Of a DNA stretch of 64,000 bases, positions 19,962 to 29,159 are shown piece after piece; within the stretch, counting starts at the first letter, position 1; every line of letters starts with the position of its first letter. The stretch is taken from NCBI GenBank assembly GCA_965197525.1, contig OZ240211.1:1600001-1664000 (forward strand). The letters are read 5' to 3'. The notes below the pieces were generated by a model. The model saw nothing but the letters and a program-made list of their open reading frames with translations, was not told the origin of the DNA and ran no database searches. This DNA comes from Nitrosopumilus sp. Its GTDB lineage: Archaea; Thermoproteota; Nitrososphaeria; Nitrososphaerales; Nitrosopumilaceae. The translations under genes and the position numbers were made by a program.

Positions 19962-20759
19962 TTAACTCTCAAACATGGATGTAATAATGTCACTTACTTT
20001 TTGATATTCAATATCTCCCCATTGGGCATACACATTTCCAAAAACAATATGTGCAATCTCTTGCGGTGATGATTTTCCGTTCAGTAATCTTCCAAAGGCA
20101 ATTGTCTCCCTTAAACTAGGAGAGTAAAACAACTCTTCAACAGCCGCTGCCTGTCTTAACGTATTTGCTAGTTTGATTGCTTGAACTATCTCTGCTTCGT
20201 TGATGTTTCCTGTTACATGTCTTTTTACAATTTCTAGTTCTATGTTCTCTGGAGGATATTCTAACCTAATTCGTACGGGGAATCTGCTTAGTAACTGTGG
20301 TGGCAGTTCTTTTGTTCCTGTATGTGTTAATGGATTAATTGTTGAAACTACAAACCAACTTTCTTTTGCTTTGATGGTATCTCCTGTTGACTCTTTTAGT
20401 ACTATCTGTCGTCTGTCATCTAATGCTTCGTCTAATCTGAGCAGAACGTCTGCTTCTGCTGAATTAATCTCATCTAAATATAACATATCCCCCCTCTTCA
20501 TTGATTTTACCAAGAGTCCCTCTTCAAAATTTACGGTTCCTTCGTTGAGCGTCTTTGTGCCAATTAGGTGACTCTCTCTTGTTCTAAGGCTAAAGTTAAT
20601 TGATGCCAAATTTGCATTCTTACTTTTTGCAAACTCTCTTACCAGTGATGTTTTTCCTGTTCCTTTTGGACCTATAATTAAAACAAAAAGACCGACCTCA
20701 TATGCCTTGTTTAAAATTTGAATTGAGTTATTCCAATCAAGATATTGAATCTCTTCCAA
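19962..20759 (-). CDS. CbbQ/NirQ/NorQ (MoxR-type) AAA+ ATPase
   Basis: Walker A GPKGTGKT, Walker B LYLDEIN, and LLSRF. Confidence 0.92.
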   Translation of the reverse strand: MEEIQYLDWNNSIQILNKAYEVGLFVLIIGPKGTGKTSLVREFAKSKNANLASINFSLRTRESHLIGTKTLNEGTVNFEEGLLVKSMKRGDMLYLDEINSAEADVLLRLDEALDDRRQIVLKESTGDTIKAKESWFVVSTINPLTHTGTKELPPQLLSRFPVRIRLEYPPENIELEIVKRHVTGNINEAEIVQAIKLANTLRQAAAVEELFYSPSLRETIAFGRLLNGKSSPQEIAHIVFGNVYAQWGDIEYQKVSDIITSMFES

Positions 20760-20803
20760 AGTAAATCTTCATTAATTTAAACGATATTTAACGTTAGGTA
20801 TCA

Positions 20804-22279
20804 TTATGCCCCAAACGATTCTACTTTTGTAAATGCCTCATTGAGTCTTTGATGCAACGTTTTATGCCACTCTTTGAATCCTGATGGGTCTTGCGGATAA
20901 TTATTATAATGTTCTACTAACCATTGATTCTGTTTTGACGTATACTTGAGCCCATCTGCAACCGTTTTATTCATCGCACCTCTGATAATCATTCCAATCT
21001 TTCCCAATCCTGAGAAATCCGGATGCTCTCCCTTGCTAATTGACTCTACATCCATATTTCCCAAAAAGTGCTTCATACCATAGCTTATCTGTTCGTTTGT
21101 CATTTGCTGTACTAGTCTTCTAAATAATTCCAGACCTGCAGTTTTGTATCCATACTCTCTGATAAAATCTAGATTATATTGCCATAAACCTGCTTCAGAG
21201 ACGTCATCTGCTTGTAGTGCTTGCGCTACATTATTTCCAATAATTGTGCCTGCAATTAAAGCGGGGCCTATCCCGCCTGCATCAATTGGTTTTGGCATCC
21301 ATGCAGAATCTCCTACCATCATATATCCTGCTGACACCATACAGTCATTTTGCCTTCTGACTGAAACTTGAAAGACTCCTGAATTGTTATTGATGTCTTC
21401 AGGATCTTCTGAGAGTTTTGCGTTTTTTATTGCCGTGTTTCTATACAAGTATTCTTTCATCAATGATTCAACATTGTCTTTTTTACTCAATCTCTTGTTT
21501 CTCTTATCTAGGAGAGATTTTTCTACTCCTAAACCAATGTTGACTTTGTTGTCGTCTTTTGGAAAAACCCATCCATATCCGCCGGGGGCAATGTCTTGAT
21601 CTAGATGTATTATACAATAATCAGGATCGAATTCTGTCAGATCTTTTTGTCCCTGATCAAAGTACATAATGTATCTTCCAGTAGATTCCAAATCTCGTCT
21701 GTCTATCCTTCTTTCTATTTTGGTAGAATTTTGTAATCCATTTCTAAGCATAGAAGTTACACCTGTCGCATCAATTACAATCCTTGATGTCTTTTTGAAG
21801 GGTTGTTTTGTCTTGTTATCTACGCCTTGAATTCCTACTACTTGCTGCTCTTCATACATTAAACCTGTGATATTAATCTCATACTCAAAGTCGACACCTA
21901 TTTTTTGACATCGCTGGTTTTGAATTTCAGGTAATTTTTGACGATTTAACATGTATCCTGCACCGTCAAATGGGATTCCTGTCTTTCTGTCAGGCGAGAA
22001 TGCCATGACCCCTTTGACGTCGTGCTCTATCTCTGGCCCATTCCATGCAATTTTGATTCTCTCTGTCATAAAATCGACTGCTTCTTTAGAGCATGCATCA
22101 CCGCATACCCAGCCTGCCAATGATTTTCTGCCTGGTACAAACTCTGTATTTCTATCTACAACTAGGACCCTTGCGTTTTGATTTGAGTAATGTGATATAG
22201 CTTGTGCTGTAATCGTACCTGCAAGACCCCCGCCTGCAACTATGACGTCATAATCTGCCATATACTTGAGTTTGTTCAT
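20804..22279 (-). CDS. Geranylgeranyl-reductase-family FAD oxidoreductase
   Basis: GGGLAG, CGDA, GGYGWVFP and VGDSA..P..GGI motifs. Confidence 0.88.
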   Translation of the reverse strand: MNKLKYMADYDVIVAGGGLAGTITAQAISHYSNQNARVLVVDRNTEFVPGRKSLAGWVCGDACSKEAVDFMTERIKIAWNGPEIEHDVKGVMAFSPDRKTGIPFDGAGYMLNRQKLPEIQNQRCQKIGVDFEYEINITGLMYEEQQVVGIQGVDNKTKQPFKKTSRIVIDATGVTSMLRNGLQNSTKIERRIDRRDLESTGRYIMYFDQGQKDLTEFDPDYCIIHLDQDIAPGGYGWVFPKDDNKVNIGLGVEKSLLDKRNKRLSKKDNVESLMKEYLYRNTAIKNAKLSEDPEDINNNSGVFQVSVRRQNDCMVSAGYMMVGDSAWMPKPIDAGGIGPALIAGTIIGNNVAQALQADDVSEAGLWQYNLDFIREYGYKTAGLELFRRLVQQMTNEQISYGMKHFLGNMDVESISKGEHPDFSGLGKIGMIIRGAMNKTVADGLKYTSKQNQWLVEHYNNYPQDPSGFKEWHKTLHQRLNEAFTKVESFGA

Positions 22280-22340
22280 CGGTATTTAAAATAATGCTAT
22301 GTCATGTCCTTGAGTAATCATCTACTAATTGATTAAAGAT

Positions 22341-22408
22341 GGGTCGGTTCGTCGCGGCTTCTTCATGGTTTTCACTCAGACTGGAGCGGCTAATATCTCC
22401 TCATTCCC
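22341..22408 (-). ncRNA. Candidate box C/D sRNA
   Basis: GGG-AAUGAGGA(C)-guide-CUGA(D')-AUGAAGA(C')-guide-CCGA(D)-CCC; a GC-rich island in AT-rich intergenic DNA. Confidence 0.6.
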
Positions 22409-22438
22409 AAATTTTTATGTCCTGCCGTTCCTATTTAA

Positions 22439-22867
22439 TCAGTTGGCAGTTTGAAGAATTTCTGTAAATATCTTGACTGTATCTTTTTTATGGTAAATCG
22501 GAGTAAAAATTTTTAGCTTTATTGCACCTCCTCCTTCTCTGATTGTTAATCTCCCTTTGACTAGTTCTTGCTTATCCAACCTCATGTGAAGCCTAGAGTT
22601 TACCGTCCTCTCTTCGATCTGTTCTGCCAGCTCCGTTATTTGCTGTGTAGGTAATAGTTCAAGCATTTTGTCTACAACCTTTTGAGCCTGCTTCTTTTCA
22701 ATTTTTACATTTAGCATAATTATTGAGTTCTCAAAATGTCCTTGAATCTTATTAATTGTAAAATCTTCTTTTTGTATATCTAATATTTCAAAAGCCTCGA
22801 AAATTTTTGAAATATTCTCCGTTGCGTGAACAATTACATCTATTGTAACCTGAATCTTACTAATCAT
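22439..22867 (-). CDS. DUF54-type RNA-binding domain protein
   Basis: VHATE, GHF.N.I and RLDKQ motifs; lies next to rps3ae. Confidence 0.75.
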   Translation of the reverse strand: MISKIQVTIDVIVHATENISKIFEAFEILDIQKEDFTINKIQGHFENSIIMLNVKIEKKQAQKVVDKMLELLPTQQITELAEQIEERTVNSRLHMRLDKQELVKGRLTIREGGGAIKLKIFTPIYHKKDTVKIFTEILQTAN

Positions 22868-22912
22868 TATTGTAATTTTAAAAATATTCAGATGTTGTTA
22901 TTACTGTTGTTA

Positions 22913-23524
22913 CTATGCTTCAAGTAGTTTTGTCTCTTTATCTGCTGTTCTGACAAGTTTTACCTTCTCTAAACCTACATGTCGAACCCTGATCACTTTC
23001 TTAAATGCTGCCATGATATCTGAATTAATCTTACTGTAACATGTTGCTTGAACAAATTGGTCAATTGTCATCTCCGGAATTGTTTTATTAATTATATCTT
23101 GTGCAATTAATCTAAGTGCATGTTGTCTTGATGTATTTAGTTGCCTGTGGGTTAGTGCCAGTAGTTTTATTCTAAATATGTACCCGTCTTTTGTTTTGAT
23201 GTCGATAAAAAAGTTGATCTTTGAGGAACCACGTCTAATCAAACTACGTAAAAATTCTTTTGAATACTCGTATCTCTTGAAAATTGTTGATGCTTTATCG
23301 CCGTCAACTTTGACAATCTGGAAATAAATTTTGTATTGGTGCTGTGAGGGGTCTCCTTTTAGAATGTCGTATAGTGTGACCTCTAATACTCTCCCTTCTG
23401 CGTTTTGATCATCGGTAATTGGTACATAGGCAATTGGGACATTGTTAAATGAGTCAGGTGCATATGCTGTAATCCAGCGTTTCTCTCTCCACTTGTCTTT
23501 TACTCTGCTCTTTCTACGTGCCAA
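22913..23524 (-). CDS. rps3ae: 30S ribosomal protein S3Ae (eS1)
   Basis: KDKWREKRW, GRVLEVTLYD and SLIRRGSSKI motifs. Confidence 0.96.
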   Translation of the reverse strand: MARRKSRVKDKWREKRWITAYAPDSFNNVPIAYVPITDDQNAEGRVLEVTLYDILKGDPSQHQYKIYFQIVKVDGDKASTIFKRYEYSKEFLRSLIRRGSSKINFFIDIKTKDGYIFRIKLLALTHRQLNTSRQHALRLIAQDIINKTIPEMTIDQFVQATCYSKINSDIMAAFKKVIRVRHVGLEKVKLVRTADKETKLLEA

Positions 23525-23563
23525 TTATTAACGACCTTTAAATCCAAAATATAAGGGTAGTCA

Positions 23564-24853
23564 TTAAGAGATCTCCTTTTGTTCACTGTTGCCCATATAC
23601 CTTCGTAAAATCTTGGGAATTGTAATATGCCCGTCCTTAGTTTGGAAATTCTCTATAATTGCTACTAAAACCCGCGTTGTAGCAATTAACGTACTGTTTA
23701 GCGTGTGTAGATATTGGGTATCCTCGTTTGTCTTATCTCTGAATCTAATCTTTAATCTTCGTGCTTGATATTCTAAGCAGTTTGAGCATGAAACAACTTC
23801 CCTGTATGCTTTTTGTCCTGCCATCCATGCTTCAATATCATACGTTTTTGCTGAAACTTTTCCCATGTCTCCAGTTGAGAGTAGCATAACTTTGTATGGG
23901 ATCTCCAAATTTTGATAAAATTCTTCTGCAACCATTAACATTTGTTCATGCTCTCTCCAAGAATCCTCAGGCCTCGAAAATACGAATTGTTCTATTTTGT
24001 CAAATTGATGAACTCTAAAGATTCCTTTCTGATCCCTTCCATGCGCTCCTGCCTCTTTTCTAAAACATGGACTTGTACCTGCATATCTTATTGGCAGTTC
24101 TCCACCTTCTATGATCTCCTTTTGATGCATTGCTGCCATGGCGTGCTCTGATGTTCCAATCATGTATAGATCCTCATCTTCAACTTTGTATATGACCTCT
24201 TCAAAATCATCTGCAATAATTGCGCCGTCCATAGATTCTTTATTTATCATATACGGAGGTTGTAAAAGGGAATATCCCTTTTCTGCAAGAAAATCCAGTC
24301 CGTAGTGGATTAGTGCTTGGTTTAATCTTACAAGATCATTCTTTAGATAGTAGAACCTAGCCCCTGATACCTTTGCTGCACGCCGCAGATCTACTAAATT
24401 CAAATTTTCTGAAATGGTTATGTGATCATCGGGTCTAAAATCAAAATTTGGTATGCCGCCCCATCTTCTTACTTCTTTGTTAGAAGATTCATCCGTTCCT
24501 ATTGGAACTGATTTGTCAATTAGATTTGGCAGCGTGGATGCTAATTTTGAATATGCCCTTTTAATGTTGTCTTGCTCTGATTCCAATTTTGCCAGTTGCA
24601 TTGATATATTTTTCATCTCGGTTAATTGTGATGACACGTCATCATCATCATCATTCTTCTTTGCTTTCTTTTTTTGCGAAATCTCTGTCCCAATCTTGTT
24701 CTTCTTTTCTCGTAATTGATCAGTTTTTACTATATACTCTCGTCGTTTTTGATCCGCATTAATCAGTGCTTGTAAATCAAAATCTACACATCTTGCTTTG
24801 AGCATGTCTTCAATAACCTGTGGGTTTTCTTTGATTAGTTTTGGATCTAACAT
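23564..24853 (-). CDS. serS: Serine--tRNA ligase
   Basis: GTSEH, FRKEAG, RVHQF.K.E, EVVSCSNC and HTLNST motifs. Confidence 0.98.
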   Translation of the reverse strand: MLDPKLIKENPQVIEDMLKARCVDFDLQALINADQKRREYIVKTDQLREKKNKIGTEISQKKKAKKNDDDDDVSSQLTEMKNISMQLAKLESEQDNIKRAYSKLASTLPNLIDKSVPIGTDESSNKEVRRWGGIPNFDFRPDDHITISENLNLVDLRRAAKVSGARFYYLKNDLVRLNQALIHYGLDFLAEKGYSLLQPPYMINKESMDGAIIADDFEEVIYKVEDEDLYMIGTSEHAMAAMHQKEIIEGGELPIRYAGTSPCFRKEAGAHGRDQKGIFRVHQFDKIEQFVFSRPEDSWREHEQMLMVAEEFYQNLEIPYKVMLLSTGDMGKVSAKTYDIEAWMAGQKAYREVVSCSNCLEYQARRLKIRFRDKTNEDTQYLHTLNSTLIATTRVLVAIIENFQTKDGHITIPKILRRYMGNSEQKEIS

Positions 24854-25095
24854 TATTGAATCACTTTTAAAGCCACCTGAATATGTTCAACTACTTCATC
24901 TACTGTGCTGACAAGCTGTTTGATGTTCTTCATACTTTTAAAATTAAAAACTAGCTTGTTATCAATATTTTCAACATAAAGGCTCAATCCTTCTGGAAAC
25001 TCTACATTATCTGGTTCAATAGCATCTCTGATTGCTTTTGCTTCTTTTACAGTTACGTTGTTGAGAACCAGCTGTAGCTTACACGTTAATGACAT
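24853..25095 (-). CDS. pcc1: KEOPS complex subunit Pcc1
   Basis: 80 aa with AIEPDN motif; conserved position between the DHH gene and serS. Confidence 0.8.
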   Translation of the reverse strand: MSLTCKLQLVLNNVTVKEAKAIRDAIEPDNVEFPEGLSLYVENIDNKLVFNFKSMKNIKQLVSTVDEVVEHIQVALKVIQ

Positions 25096-26488
25096 TTGCT
25101 TCTAGATATTTGAGAAATTCCTCTAATTTGTCTCTAGTTATTTCTGCTCTACCGGTGGCAGCATTTTGACCTCCGCCTGTTCCGCCAAATTTTTCAGCAC
25201 CTTTCTGCATCACGTCACTGAGATCAATATCTGATTTGCAACCAATAGATTTCTTTGCAGAAAATTTTACTGCATTGTTGTTTCTTTTTGCCCTTAAAAT
25301 TATAATTTTGCCTGAATTTTTAGGCGAGCCTGCCATTAGAGATGTAATGGTTCCAGTCATTGTATCTTGTACTATGTCCTCACCGTTTATCATTATACAC
25401 GTCTCATTCTCTGAAATCCTCCACCTCTGATTTGATAAAACATTCATGCACTCTTTGATTATATTTCTGTAGTCAGCTAAGATACCTTCTGATTTATGTA
25501 AAATACCGGCATCTCTATCTCCCATACATATTGATACTCCTATACCTGAATTGTTAATCCTTCCACATGCGTTTAACATGGTTGAGAATTCTCTTCCATC
25601 TCTCAAAAAGCTCTTTTTATCTTCTCTTGGAAACGTATACGTATACCCGATTAAATCTGACATTATTTCAGTAATATTATTCCCAGAAGCAAATTTTGTA
25701 ATCAATTCAACTACTTGGCTTTTTTCACTCTCCTCTAATTCTGCCGGAACTCTCCACTTACCTTTGTCTTTTAGCTTAATTTTTGAATCTAGTAGCGCAA
25801 GGCATGCATCTCTATTCCATGCCAATCCTTCAACAAATGGTTGTGATGTCAGCGATAAAGCATCTGCAAGTGGTTTTGTCTCTCTTCCTACTAGCAGTAA
25901 ATCTAGGTCATTTTCTAACAACTCTTGTTTTTTAGCCGTATTTGCAATTTCAAAATTTTTGCCTACAAGTGATCTCTTTTCTCCTTTGTCCTGTCTGTCT
26001 CCTAATGCTGCAACCACTGCAATGGCTGATAGATCCAAGTTTTTTTCATCTATTTCCATTGATGCAAGATAAGCCATTCCACCTGTACATATATCCACTC
26101 CTCCATCAATTCCATATTTCCACGAGTTGATAACATTTTGATTCTCTATCTCTTCATCTGATATTGGATGATGATCTAAAATGACCCATTCATCTTTTAA
26201 TGTTTTATCCAACTCATCTGCAAATCCTCCTCCTAGATCAGCTATTATGTGAAAATCTCTAGAATCTGTCTTGAACGATTTGATTACATCTTTATTCAAT
26301 TCTTTTATTGTTCTAACAGTACATTTAGCACCTGTTCGTATCAGAGCTTTGGCAATTATACTACCTGACGCAATTCCATCGCAGTCCATATGTGTTATCA
26401 CAGAAATTGATCTGTTGGATTTTACGCAGTCTAAAATTTTATCTTTGAATAGTGAAAGTGATTCATCAAGCGTCGTTGTTACCATCAC
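25079..26488 (-). CDS. DHH/RecJ-like phosphoesterase
   Basis: H.DCDG, DLG, DHH, GD.QD motifs and a DHHA1-like GGG end. Confidence 0.9.
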   Translation of the reverse strand: MMVTTTLDESLSLFKDKILDCVKSNRSISVITHMDCDGIASGSIIAKALIRTGAKCTVRTIKELNKDVIKSFKTDSRDFHIIADLGGGFADELDKTLKDEWVILDHHPISDEEIENQNVINSWKYGIDGGVDICTGGMAYLASMEIDEKNLDLSAIAVVAALGDRQDKGEKRSLVGKNFEIANTAKKQELLENDLDLLLVGRETKPLADALSLTSQPFVEGLAWNRDACLALLDSKIKLKDKGKWRVPAELEESEKSQVVELITKFASGNNITEIMSDLIGYTYTFPREDKKSFLRDGREFSTMLNACGRINNSGIGVSICMGDRDAGILHKSEGILADYRNIIKECMNVLSNQRWRISENETCIMINGEDIVQDTMTGTITSLMAGSPKNSGKIIILRAKRNNNAVKFSAKKSIGCKSDIDLSDVMQKGAEKFGGTGGGQNAATGRAEITRDKLEEFLKYLEANVINV

Positions 26489-26934
26489 TCTAATTGAGCT
26501 ACTACTGATTTATATTTCCAAGTTTTAGATATTCTACCAATTCTTTTGTAGTATACTGACAATCTATGTACTTTGGCCTCAATTAGTTCTAAAGATCTAA
26601 CATTTCTGTTATCCCCTTTATTGGCTTTGAGATGTCTTTGAAGACCCACTGCTTTTTTAACTATATTTTCAAGATCTTCAGGCATCTCTGGTTTCAGATC
26701 GTGTTCTTCTAAAATTTTACCCATACTTTTTTTGATAATCGGTTTAACTAGTGGAATTGAATGCTGATCTCTTAGTTTTATTCCAATTTGGCTAGGAGTC
26801 AGCCCATCTTTGGAATATTTTACGACCAGTTCTTCAATTTCTGTGGGACTTTGAGTAATCCATGAAGGTGCACGTAGTGTAGATGGCCTAATAGAGTGCG
26901 ATTTACCATGTCTATGAGTATGCATTCGTCCCAT
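26485..26934 (-). CDS. rps15: 30S ribosomal protein S15 (uS15)
   Basis: MGRMHTHRHGKSHS and PEDL..L.LIE.K..RL..YY motifs. Confidence 0.97.
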   Translation of the reverse strand: MGRMHTHRHGKSHSIRPSTLRAPSWITQSPTEIEELVVKYSKDGLTPSQIGIKLRDQHSIPLVKPIIKKSMGKILEEHDLKPEMPEDLENIVKKAVGLQRHLKANKGDNRNVRSLELIEAKVHRLSVYYKRIGRISKTWKYKSVVAQLE

Positions 26935-27058
26935 GATCTCGCTAATTTTAGAGCAGAATTAAACGTTTCTTATAACTAGTTTTGTCAATTTTCTTTAAAT
27001 TTAGGAATAGAATAAAAGTTAAATAAGTCTCTAGATTCAAAACGAGTAGGTAAACAGT

Positions 27059-27391
27059 ATGAATACAAAAGTACTATTAACAGCGTCCTTAATTGCTGTC
27101 TTCGCTATTGGACTCTCTGCCGATGATGCAATGGTATTTGCACAGTATTTCGGCAATGTGGGTGGCCAAGGTGAAACTGGTTCTCATACATTAGAGGAAG
27201 CACTAAAAGTTCAAGCAGCTAGAGTTGCATCTGCAGAAGCTAATCCTGCTGCTGGATCAGGAACTCCAATTATTGGGGTAGATGGTATAGTTGGTGCTTC
27301 AGTTATTGCAGGAGCCGTATTTGGTGGTATTGCAGGTGCCTTCTTCATCAGAGGTAGATCTGGCAAATACGCAGCAATGGGTAGAGGATAA
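27059..27391 (+). CDS. amoZ: Secreted, C-terminally anchored conserved AOA protein; probable AMO accessory subunit AmoZ
   Basis: Signal peptide, soluble helix and one C-terminal TM helix; next to rps15 and near amoB. Assignment is from recalled topology and synteny, not an alignment. Confidence 0.55.
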   Translation: MNTKVLLTASLIAVFAIGLSADDAMVFAQYFGNVGGQGETGSHTLEEALKVQAARVASAEANPAAGSGTPIIGVDGIVGASVIAGAVFGGIAGAFFIRGRSGKYAAMGRG

Positions 27392-27502
27392 AAACTCTAA
27401 CTTTTCTCTTATTTTATTATTTATTGCTAGTGTTTACTAATATTATGTTCTTTTAGGCCTAAAAGAAATGTATATATCGTAGAAATAGAGTTAAAATGTA
27501 CA

Positions 27503-27772
27503 ATGATACCAATCGTAGGAACATTTCTGAGTGTTCTGTCGTCACTTACAGGGCAATTAGGACCAAACTATGATCCATTATTCTACGATGTAATGATCTA
27601 CATCTTCGGAACCATGATGTTTACTGTATTCCTTTTGGGAATTATCTCATTCTGGTTACGTGTACACGGATGGGCTTACAAAGACAATCGTGAAAGATGG
27701 GTTGATGAACTAGACCGACACTTTGAGAGAGAAGGTATTGGTCTTATTCCAGATAATGGTAAATACTGGTAA
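27503..27772 (+). CDS. amoY: Single-TM conserved AOA protein; probable AMO accessory subunit AmoY
   Basis: 89 aa with one TM helix; adjacent to the AmoZ candidate. Assignment is from recalled topology and synteny. Confidence 0.55.
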   Translation: MIPIVGTFLSVLSSLTGQLGPNYDPLFYDVMIYIFGTMMFTVFLLGIISFWLRVHGWAYKDNRERWVDELDRHFEREGIGLIPDNGKYW

Positions 27773-28543
27773 ACTCAATCACTCTCTTCTTTTCATTATT
27801 TTTATTATCCATTAACTCGATGTGTATATGTGCATTTGATTGTGTGTAATATTTTATGCTGTATCTATCAACAACAACAACTGCAAACATCTCCGTGCAA
27901 GATTCCTGGTAACGAAATCATGTTTTTCGATTTGACATGATGAAATGAAGTACGCGATGTCTGGAAATCTATTTGCCTAGTAATAAGACGAAACAAGAGA
28001 TCTCAAACAAGATAAAAGTTAAGAGTAAAGAACTACAAGATTGAGTTTAAACATCTCTGTCCAATTATTTCAAAAATTGCAAGTGAAATATTGTCTATAC
28101 AGTCAATTGGCTGAATTAAAAAAAGGCATAATGCCCATATGATGAAGTCGTTTGAATTGCGTTGTACCACGCACACATCTTATATTTATTAACAATATCC
28201 ACTCTAAGCTGTTGATGTCTACATATGACTATCCGGTAAGCGCTTAGACATCTACGATGGTGCAATTTTATATATGATGTGATACCTGTTACAAAAATAT
28301 GATGTGTAAAAACACAATCAGGATTGACCAATGACAACTAATGGACATTACATACATAGATCTCAGACTTTCTTATTCTATCCTATTATATGGTAACAAG
28401 TAAAGCCGTTCAAATTGGCGATGATAATGTTTAGAACATTTCCATCAATTGATTCTCTCAACAAACTAGCATTGATGGATAGTGCGTAAGATTAAAAATT
28501 TTTAATCCTGATATGTGCTATCATATTTTACAGGCGGCACAAG

Positions 28544-29068
28544 TTAACTTTCTGGTGGTAGGAAGTCAATATCTTTACTTGTATCATATGATTTTGATGT
28601 GAACACTGCTTTATAGTGTGCACCATCTTCTAGTAGATGGTTGATAAAGTACGGCGATTTCACATCATTGACATAAATTTCTGATTTAGCCTGATCCATA
28701 TCTCGTAGAGGAAAGTCCCATATCCACAAAAAATGGCCAATCTCAAATGGGTATTCTTCCTCCCATTCAGCATAAATTGTACCATCATTAGTCAACGTGT
28801 ATAGTGTTCTCTGGCATTGATTATCATTTAATCCAATACCTGCTGGTATGTCTGCCTGTTTGCCATCAACGATTAGTTCTAGTGTGGCAGTAGTCTTGTA
28901 TGGTGTGTTTCTATCATCAATGCAAACTTTGAGCGGATCATTTTGACCAAGCTGTCCTTGCAAAACACTGCTTGCCACTCCAACTGATACTGCAATGATA
29001 GCAGTTATTGCTAGAAATCTTAATGTTTTTCTTCTTTTATATGGGTCGCTTGTACCTGGCCATTTCAT
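28544..29068 (-). CDS. Hypothetical membrane-anchored protein
   Basis: N-terminal TM helix followed by a soluble domain. Start at ATG 29068 preferred. Confidence 0.75.
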   Translation of the reverse strand: MKWPGTSDPYKRRKTLRFLAITAIIAVSVGVASSVLQGQLGQNDPLKVCIDDRNTPYKTTATLELIVDGKQADIPAGIGLNDNQCQRTLYTLTNDGTIYAEWEEEYPFEIGHFLWIWDFPLRDMDQAKSEIYVNDVKSPYFINHLLEDGAHYKAVFTSKSYDTSKDIDFLPPES

Positions 29069-29159
29069 ACAATTAAATTCAACTAATTCCTTAAAGCCCT
29101 TTCTCAATTTGTCCCTTTTATACAAAGAATAATAAGCAAAGATTCTCAAAAAATGTCAC

